Below are positions 16,252-24,800 of a DNA stretch of 25,669 bases, in pieces. The stretch is from Pseudomonadota bacterium. Lineage in GTDB: Bacteria; Pseudomonadota; Gammaproteobacteria; Burkholderiales; Burkholderiaceae_F. A model generated the notes under the pieces. That model was not told the origin of the DNA. It made no database searches and saw nothing but the letters and a program-made list of their open reading frames with translations. Each line of letters opens with the position of its first letter. Position 1 is the first letter of the stretch. The stretch covers positions 1 through 25,669 of the forward strand of contig JAKANT010000001.1 of NCBI GenBank assembly GCA_021823635.1, written 5' to 3'. Both the position numbers and the translations under genes were made by a program.

Positions 16252-16411
16252 CGAGGATCGGAGCACGACGCTGTCAGACGGCCGGGGGCGGCCGTTCGGC
16301 GGCGCCAAGCCGCAAACATAGTCGCAACCGGTGGCACTGAAAAGCGACATTTGCGGTCCGCGCGCGGCGGCAGTCAGGCAAACTGCGGCCCCCGCAAATG
16401 ACCCGCCCGCC

Positions 16412-17416
16412 ATGAGCCTGCCCGCTTTCCTGCGCGACCGCCTGCGCCTGCCCGTCGTCGGCGCGCCGCTGTTCATCATCTCCAACCCCGATCTCGTGCT
16501 GGCGCAGTGCAAGGCGGGCATCGTCGGCTCGTTTCCGGCCCTGAACGCCCGCCCGCCGGAGCTGCTCGACGAATGGCTGGCGCGCATCGTCGAAGAACTG
16601 GCCGCGCACGACCGCGCCCACCCGCAGCGGCCGGCGGCGCCGTTCGCGGTCAACCAGATCGTGCACAAGAGCAACGACCGGCTCGAACGCGACTTGGCGC
16701 TGTGCGTGAAATACAAAGTGCCGATCGTGATCACCTCGCTCGGCGCGCGCCCCGAGGTCAACCAGGCGGTGCACGCCTACGGCGGCATCGTGCTGCACGA
16801 CGTGATCAACGATACGTTCGCGCACAAGGCGATCGAGAAAGGAGCCGACGGACTGATCGCGGTCGCGGCCGGCGCCGGCGGCCACGCCGGACGGCAAAGC
16901 CCGTTCGCGCTGGTGCAGGAGATTCGCCGCTGGTTCGACGGGCCGTTGCTGCTGTCCGGCGCGATCGCCACCGGCCGCGCGGTGCTCGCCGCGCAGGCGA
17001 TGGGAGCCGATCTCGCCTACATCGGCACCACCTTCATCGCGACCCACGAAGCGAACGCCGCGCCGGCGTACAAGGAGGCGATCGTCGCCGGCCGCGCCGA
17101 CGACATCGTGTACACGAGCCTTTTCACCGGCATCCACGGCAACTACCTGAAGGCGTCGATCCGCGCCGCCGGATTGGATCCGGACAACCTGCCCGAAAGC
17201 GATCCAGCGCAGACGAACTTCGGCAGCGGACGCACGAAGGCGTGGCGCGACATCTGGGGCAGCGGCCAGGGCATCGGCGTCGTCGACCGCGTGGTCGGTG
17301 CCGCCGACGTGGTCGAGCGCTTGGCGCGCGAATACGCCGCCGCCTGCGACGATCTGCGCGCGCGCATCGCCTGCTACGAGCCGCGCGCGCGCGCCGGCGT
17401 TGTGCCGCTGTCGTAG
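16412..17416 (+). CDS. Nitronate monooxygenase (2-nitropropane dioxygenase) family flavoprotein, 334 aa
   Basis: It has LPVVGAPLFIIS, GSFPALNAR, FAVNQIVHKSN, AGAGGHAG, GAIATG, YIGTTFIAT and WGSGQG. The start was moved to ATG 16412. Confidence 0.9.
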   Translation: MSLPAFLRDRLRLPVVGAPLFIISNPDLVLAQCKAGIVGSFPALNARPPELLDEWLARIVEELAAHDRAHPQRPAAPFAVNQIVHKSNDRLERDLALCVKYKVPIVITSLGARPEVNQAVHAYGGIVLHDVINDTFAHKAIEKGADGLIAVAAGAGGHAGRQSPFALVQEIRRWFDGPLLLSGAIATGRAVLAAQAMGADLAYIGTTFIATHEANAAPAYKEAIVAGRADDIVYTSLFTGIHGNYLKASIRAAGLDPDNLPESDPAQTNFGSGRTKAWRDIWGSGQGIGVVDRVVGAADVVERLAREYAAACDDLRARIACYEPRARAGVVPLS

Positions 17417-17424
17417 CCGCGCGC

Positions 17425-18666
17425 ATGCGGGCGATCGTCGTCGGCGGCGGCGTGGCGGGGCTCGTCACCGCGCACGATCTGGCCGCGGAAGGCATCGCGG
17501 TCACCGTGCTGGAGCGCGAAGAGGCGGTGGCGCGCGGCGCCAGCGGCGGCAACGGCGCGCAGCTTTCGTATTCGTACGTCGCGCCGCTCGCCGAGCCCTC
17601 CGTGCTCGGCAAATTGCCCACGCTGCTCGCCGACCCGGCGTCGCCGTTGAAGTTTCGCCTGCAGCTCGACCCGCGGCAGTGGCGCTGGGGGCTCGCCTTC
17701 CTCGCCGCCTGCAACCTCGACACCGCGCGCGCCACCACCGCGGCGCTGCTGCGGCTGTCGTTCCTGTCGCGCGCGCGGATGCCGCAGTTGGTCGCCGGCA
17801 TCGACTGCGACTACGCGGTCAACGGCAAGCTGGTCGTGTATCCGGACGCCGCGAGCCTGGCGCAGGCGAAAGCGCAGATGGAGTTTCAGGCCACGCTCGG
17901 CTGCGCGCAGCGGCTGCTGTCGCGCGACGAATGCATCGAACGCGAGCCGGCGCTGGCGGGTTACGCGCAGCATTTCGTCGGCGGCGTCTGGACCGCGAGC
18001 GAAGCGGCGGCCGACTGCGGGTTGTTCTGCGAACGGCTCGCGCAGCGCCTGAGCGCGCGCGGCGTCGCGCTGCGTTTCGGCGCCGAGGTCGCGCGCCTGG
18101 AGGTGCGCGCGGGGCGGCCGCATGTATACGTGGGCCGCGAGGCGCTGGCCGCCGATGCCGTGGTGCTCGCCAACGGCAGCGCCGCGCCGAAGCTCGCACG
18201 CAGCGTCGGCCTCGATCTGCCGATCTATCCGCTGAAGGGTTACTCGATCACCGTGCCGGCCGACGGCCAGCGGCTGCCCGCCTGTTCGATCACCGACACG
18301 CGACGCAAGGTCGTGTTCGCGCCGCTCGGCCGCGGCAAGCGCCGCCGCGTGCGCGTGGCGGGCTTCGTCGAAATGGCCGGGCACGATCGCTCGATTCCGC
18401 CGGCGCGCATCGCCGCGCTGGCGGCAGCGACGCGCGAGGTGATCGGGCTGGAGCCGCGCGGCGAGCTCGCCCCGTGGTGCGGCTTCCGCCCCGCCACCCC
18501 GACCGGGCTGCCGCTGCTCGGCGCGACGAGAGTGCCGGGCGTGTTCCTGAACGTCGGCCAGGGCGCGCTCGGCTTCACGCTCGCCGCCGGCAGCGCGCGC
18601 GTGGCGGTCGATGCGATCGTCGGCCGGGAACCGCCGATCGATGCGCGGCCGTTTGGGTTGCGCTGA
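17425..18666 (+). CDS. D-amino acid dehydrogenase family FAD-dependent oxidoreductase (DadA-like), 413 aa
   Basis: It has the Rossmann motif VVGGGVAG, plus ASGGNGAQLSYSY, YPLKGYSIT, GFRPATP and GQGALGFTLAAGS. The ATG at 17425 is 8 nt after the upstream stop. Confidence 0.88.
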   Translation: MRAIVVGGGVAGLVTAHDLAAEGIAVTVLEREEAVARGASGGNGAQLSYSYVAPLAEPSVLGKLPTLLADPASPLKFRLQLDPRQWRWGLAFLAACNLDTARATTAALLRLSFLSRARMPQLVAGIDCDYAVNGKLVVYPDAASLAQAKAQMEFQATLGCAQRLLSRDECIEREPALAGYAQHFVGGVWTASEAAADCGLFCERLAQRLSARGVALRFGAEVARLEVRAGRPHVYVGREALAADAVVLANGSAAPKLARSVGLDLPIYPLKGYSITVPADGQRLPACSITDTRRKVVFAPLGRGKRRRVRVAGFVEMAGHDRSIPPARIAALAAATREVIGLEPRGELAPWCGFRPATPTGLPLLGATRVPGVFLNVGQGALGFTLAAGSARVAVDAIVGREPPIDARPFGLR

Positions 18667-18751
18667 GCGGCGGCGCGGCGGCGAAGGCGGACGCCATTCC
18701 ACCGCCGGCGACAAGCGGTCGAGAGCATCCTCCAGTACCTCTCCCCGGAGC

Positions 18752-18807
18752 GAGGTCGATAGGAGGCTCCTCCTCCCTTTGGGAGATAGGAGGGAGCCCG
18801 AGACCTC
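18752..18807. repeat. Purine/pyrimidine-skewed nested inverted repeat between convergent genes; REP-like element or bidirectional terminator
   Basis: The nested pairs are GAGGTC/GACCTC, GGCTCC/GGAGCC and TCCC-TTT-GGGA. GATAGGAGG occurs twice (18758-18766 and 18785-18793). The element abuts the RTX stop codon. Confidence 0.4.
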
Positions 18808-21800
18808 CTAGGCGGCGAGCGCGTAGTGCCCGGCGCGCGGCAGACGGTGCGGGCGATCTGCCGCCAGCACCGCCGCACTCCAGTCGCCGCGCGCCAACGG
18901 GCGCAAAGCGCCCTCGTCCTCTCCGCCGAGCACGGGTGCCATGCCTTCGTCGCGCTGAGCACGGAGGTAGGCTTCGATGCGCCGCCAGGTTTCGCGGATG
19001 CGTGCATCGCTTGCCGCCGGCGCCAGATCCGTCGCCGCGAACGGCATTTGTCCGTACTCCCGCGCGATGACCCGCAGCTCGCCCGCGTCGGCGCGCAGCG
19101 AAGACTCTGAGCCGGAGCCGCGGTCCAGCTTGGTGAGCGCCGCCTCGACCATCGCTGCCGTCACCGGCCGCACGGTCGGCCGGCGTGGAATCGTCACGCG
19201 CGCGAAGGCATCGTCCATTGCCGCATCCTCCGCCATACCGCCGGTCGAGCGATGCGGTGCACCCGCGACGGGCGGCCGCGACCCCTCGGGCACGCAAACC
19301 GCGATCGACGTCTGCAGGCCCGGCTCCTCTGCGCCGAGCACTCTCGCTTCGAGCGGCACCTTGACCCCGGTGTCGCCGGCGCCCACGACTTCGGCCACCC
19401 AACGCGCGGGCGGGCGCAGCAGCCGCACGCGCTCGCTCGTGGACACCGGTTCGGACGCCGACTGCGCGGCGATTGTTGCAGCGTCGGCGGCGAGCGTCGC
19501 GGCGGCATTCAATGGCTCGATCGGCGTCGGCGGCTGTTCGGGCGGCGGCATCAGGTAGCGCCGCTCGATCGCCCAGTCGCCCAGCGCCGGATTGGCGGCG
19601 TAGGCGCGATCGAATCCCTGGACGATGCGCGCGAAGTCATAGACCGGCGCCGTCGCCGTGCCCGGCGCGGACGCCGCAGCGAAGGGATTGCCGTCCACGA
19701 TCAAGGATACGAACGTGCGGTTGTCCGGGTGCGCATACCAGCCCGCCAAGCGCACCGAATCGGACGTGCCGGCGATCTTCACCAGCAGATCGTCACCTTC
19801 GCGCGCCAGCCGGATCTCGCCAATGCTTGCCGCGCCGATCAGCAGCGTGTCGTTGCGCTCGCCCGCGCCGCCGCCGGCGGCGTTGGCCGCCAGCACCGTG
19901 TCGGCGCCCTCGCCGCGGTTCAGGATCACCGCGTCGGCTCCGCCACCCAAGGCGAGCACGTCGTCGCCCGCGTTGCCCTGAAGCACGTCGTCTCCGGCGC
20001 CGGCCTCGATGCGATCGTTGCCGGCCAAAGCGTCGATGCGATCCGCGCCGTCGCTACCGAGCAAGCGGTCGTCGCCGTCGCTGGGCTGCGCGTTGCCGGC
20101 GGATTCGACACTGACCGAACCGTCGGCCGCCACCGACCAGACGGTGCCGTCGGCGAACTCGATGCGGCCGAGCGGCTGATACATCTCCCCAAAGCCGAAA
20201 GACCCAAACGACGACGGTCCGAACCAGGCCAGGAACCGCACGCTGTCGGTGCCATTGCGATGCTCGACCAGCAGATCGTTTCCGTCACGCTGCACGGTGA
20301 CATCGGCAGAGGAGATACCGGCGGCGAAGCGCAACGTGTCCAGCGACTTCAACGGTATGTCGCGCCAGGGGTAACCGGATTCGACGCGCGCTCGGATCTC
20401 CGGCGGCAGGTCGCCGAGCGCGTAGTCCCGAAACCCGGCACCGACGATTTCCAACCAATCCGGGTAGGTCTCCGGCGGCAGCCTGCGGGGAACGTGCACG
20501 ACCGTGTCGCGCCCGTCGCCGAGACGGAACTCGTAGACGTCGGCGTCCCATGTGCCGTGAATGAGATCGTTGCCGCGGCCGCCGCGGTAGGTGTTGCCGG
20601 CGCCGTAGAACTCGTCGGGCCCCGATTGGCTCGAACCCCACCGGTCGTGCAGGTCGCCGAGCACATTGTTGCCGTCGCCGCCTTCGAGCAAGTCCGCCCC
20701 CTTGCCGCCGTACAGCACGTCGTTGCCGGCTGCGCCTTCGAGCACGTCGTCGCCGCTGCCGCCGACTAGAAAGTCGTCGCCCGGCGTGCCGACCAGCCGA
20801 TCATCGCCGTCGCCGCCGTAGCCGCGTGTAACGCCGACCAGTTCGTTGTCGGCATCGATCGTCTCGCGATCGAACGGCGGCGCCAGCGCGAACAACTCGT
20901 CTCGCGACAGCCGCGTGCCGTCGGCGAATTCCACGTATTCGATGCCCCAGGCGCGCGGCATCTGCCGCGTCGGAAACACGATGTCCACCGCCTCCGTATC
21001 GCTCCAGCGCACGGTGAGCACCGGAACCGCAACCTCATAGGCGGCGACAAGCGCGGAGGTGATGGGGTCGATGCGCTCCCAGCGCCACATACCGTCCTGA
21101 CGCAGTGCCGTGTCCTGAACGGCCGTGCGCAGGGTGCGTGTGCTCCATGAAAGCCGTAGATCCGCCGGGCGGACGCCGCCGGGCAGAACGAGAACGTCGT
21201 CCTCCCCCGGCGCGGCGTCGAGCAGGGCGCGAATCTGCTCCACCGTTGCATGGGGCCAGCCCTCGACCGGACCGAGCAAGCCGTAATCGCGCCAGTCCTC
21301 GTCGACGATCAAGTCCCGTCCGTCGCCCGCGAAACGCAGGTAACGATCCGCCCCTCTGCCGCCACGCAACGTGTCGTCGCCGGCACCGCCGGCGATCCAG
21401 TCGTCGCCCGGGGTACCCTCGATGCGGTCGTTGCCCGCGTTGCCGAAGAGCAGCGCACCGCTAAACGGCCACGTCGATGAAAGCCTGCCATCGATAACAT
21501 CATCCCCCGCACCCGCGTCGACGATGGCGGTGCGGTGGACCTCGATGACATTGCCCGCCGCACCGGCCGTCAGCACGCCGACGGCGGTGTTCGAGTTCAC
21601 GGCGTACTCCTCGCGGCCGACGCGCACCGTGCGCGGCACGTACGAGACAGACGTGGTGTAGCCGATCGTGATCGCCTGCTGGCGCCCTCCTTCGGTCGGA
21701 TCCGGCGCACTGCGCGGCCCCGGCGATGCCGGCAACCTGATCGTGACCGGCACGGTGGTCTGCACGGCGACGTAGGTCGTGGTCGTGATGACGTTGCTGA

Positions 21801-24800
21801 AAGTCGCAGTGCGCGACGTCGTCGTGGTCGTCGCCGGCGCCGTGATACGCGAAGCGTCGCTTTCGACCAGGTTTTCGGTGAAGGACGCGGTGATGCGGTC
21901 GACAACCGTCACGCCATCCCAGCGATAGGTGCGCGTGCCGCCCAACGTGCCGTCCGCGTTCGGCACCAGTCCCATTGCGATCTGCTGCGCCAGCCACTGG
22001 CGCCGCAGCTCGCGCAGGAATTCCTCTTTGGCCTGGGCGAAATTGGCGATCGGCGGCGCCGCCGAAACCGAAGGCAGGTCGCCAACCGCGAATTCCTGCC
22101 CGTTGGCCAGCCGCACCCGCCAGGCATCGGCGGCGAACTCGTAGTTGCGGATCGTCGCGCGATCGACGTTGGACCACACGACCTCCAGATCCGCGCCGCG
22201 GCGCACGACACGCAGATCGGACAACCGGACCTCGGGGCCGAACTGCAGCGTGCCGCCGTCGTCGCGGATTTCGTCGAAGCCAGAGCCTAGGCCGAGTCGA
22301 TAGGTGTCGCTGCCCGCGCCCCCTTGCAACAGGTCGCGGCCGATGCCGCCGTCGAGCACGTCGTCTCCGTCGCTGCCGTTGAGCGTGTCGTTGCCCGCCT
22401 GGCCGAGCAGTTCGTCGTCGCCTTGCTGCCCGACGATCACATCGTCGCCGCCGCCGCCATCGAGCCGATCGGCAAGCGCGGTGCCGACGATGCGATCGTT
22501 CGTCGCGCGCCCCTGGTAGTCGATGGCGTTTGTGGAGCGCTGCAGCAGCTCCGCCCCCGTCAGCCGCGTGCCGTCGGCAAAGGCCACGGCCGTCGCACTC
22601 GACAGGCCGCCGCCCAGCCTCACGCTCTGGCCGGCACCGAACGCGAGTTCCACGACGTTGTCTCCGGCCGCAGACGCCGACACGGAAACACGGAGCGCGG
22701 AAGGATCGACTCCGGCGCCGAAGACGACTTCGTTGTCGCCCTCGGTATCCACGATCGTGTCCGCCCCATCGCCGGCGTTGTAGACGTAGACATCGTCGCC
22801 GGCGCCGCCCTCGAGATAATCCTCGCCGGCGCCGCCGATCAGCGTGTCGTCGCCGCCTTCGCCGAAAATCGTGTCGTTGCCCGCGCCGCCTTCGAGCACA
22901 TCGTTGCCCTCCGGTATCGGCTCGCCGCCCGCGGGCACGTAGCCCCCCAGATCGCCATACAGAACGTCGTCGCCTTCGCCACCCTGCAGCACGTCGTGGC
23001 CGCCGCCGCCGATCAGCGTGTCACGTCCCGCGCCGCCGTCGAGCAAATCGTCCCCTTCCTGGGTGAGATCCAGTCGCACAACGTTTCCATCGATCGCCGC
23101 ATTGACCCAGTCGCCCAGCAGGATGTCGTTGCCGTCGTTGCCGTACAGAAGATCCGCGGCGCCGCCGCCGGCCAGCGCGCCGCCGCCCGCCCCGCGCCCG
23201 ACGTGATGGCTGCCATTGTAGGTGGCGGTGGCCCCCGCGCCCTCACGGACTCCGACCACCGTATCCGCACCGCGTCCGCCGAGCAGCGTGTCGGCGCCGC
23301 CGTCGCCGACCAGATAATCGTCGCCATCGCCGCCGTCGAGCAGGTCGTCGCCCACCTCCTGCGGAGCGACCGACCAATCGTCGCCGCTGCCGTAAGGCCT
23401 CGAGCCGTCTCCCCACAATCGATCGTTGCCGGTGCCGCCCGCCAGCGTGTCGCTGCCTTCCTCGCCGATTAGATCGTCGTCGTCCGCGCCGCCGTCGAGC
23501 AGGTCGTTGCCGCGGCCACCGAGCAGCAGATCGTTGCCCGCCTCGCCGTAGGCGATGTCGCCGTCGGCATCGCCATCGGTCTCGGTCCAGTTGAAGAAGT
23601 AGGTCACATTCCGACCGTTCGCGTCGCGCACGACGTGAACTCCCCAGTCCTGCCCGCGCGCCAGCAGCACCGCCCCCGGCGGCGACTCGAGCGCAGACGG
23701 CTGCACGTCGCCGCCCGCCACCACCACATCGTCACCGGCACCGGCGTAGATCACGTCGCGCCCGGCGCCGCCGCCGATCAGGTCGGAGCCGCTGCCGCCG
23801 CGCAGCAGGTCATCGCCCGCCATGCCGTTGACGCGGTCTTCGTCCTCCCCGCCATCGACCGTGTCGTCGCCGTCGTTGCCGAACAGCACGTCCCAATCGG
23901 CGCCGCCGTTGACGACGTCGTTACCCGGCCCCGCATCCACCCAGTCGTGACCTGCGCCGGCATCGATCGTGTCGTCGCCGCCGCGGATCGCGCGCACGCT
24001 GTCGGCGCCGCCGCCGGCGTCGATGAAGTCGGGTTCCGCGCTGTCGTACAAGATGTCGGCCCGCACCTCGACGGTATTCGTCGTCAGGAGGTTGCCCAGC
24101 TCGTCGTAGCCGTACTGCACGCCCGGCTGCGACGGATCGGTGTCCAGCGGCGCCCGGTCGCCGACAATGGTGCGCGTGGTGGCCACCGGCGGCGTCTGCG
24201 GCAACGGCGTGTCGGTCAGCACCACGCCCAGCGTGCCCCGTAGCCAGTCGCGCACGGTGATCCGGTTGTCGCTGCCCGCCTGCTGGATCACCAGCGTGCC
24301 GCGGGTGGGGTCCGCCGCCGACGCCGTGAAGACGAACGTGTAGCGCCGATCCGCGCTCATCCACAGGTTGTCGGAGACGCGCAGCCCTGGCGGCAGCGCT
24401 TGGCCGTCGATGCGGATCGCGCCCGCACCGTCGGCATCGATTACCGTGTCGTGCCCGAAGGCACCGGTGAACTCGTACGTGTCATGGCCCAGCCCGCCGA
24501 GCAGCCGGTCGCCGCCGGCGCCGCCGGCCAGAATGTCGTCACCCGCGCCGGCGTCGAGCACGTCGAAACCGTCACCACCGGACAAGCGGTCGGCGCCGCC
24601 GCTGGTCACGATCGTGTCGTCGCCGCCGCCGCCGTCGATCTCGTCGTCGCCGGTCAGGCCGATCACGAGGTCGTTGCGCGCCTGCGTATCCGTAAACCGG
24701 AGGCCCCCACCGTCGTCGGAGATCGTCAACCGCTCCTTGCCCTGCACCGCGCGGTACTGGCCCTCGTTGCCGCTAAGCAAATCCACCACGTCTTCGAGCA

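Noticed and set aside
16332-16346. Possible sigma54 promoter (TGGCAC...GC)
   Set aside because: The GG-to-GC spacing is 9 nt, not the required 10 nt, and the TTGC element is missing at the -12 position.
14218-16401. 727-aa plus-strand ORF and other ORFs over the kinase
   Set aside because: They are antisense shadows with no motifs.
16507-17424. N-terminal extension making a 719-aa DadA fusion
   Set aside because: It is an off-frame overlap with the monooxygenase gene. The Rossmann motif begins right after ATG 17425.
19900-24700. Recurring GCCGCCGTCG-type DNA repeats as a possible CRISPR or tandem array
   Set aside because: They are degenerate, in-frame codon repeats encoding RTX nonapeptides, with no constant repeat-spacer structure.
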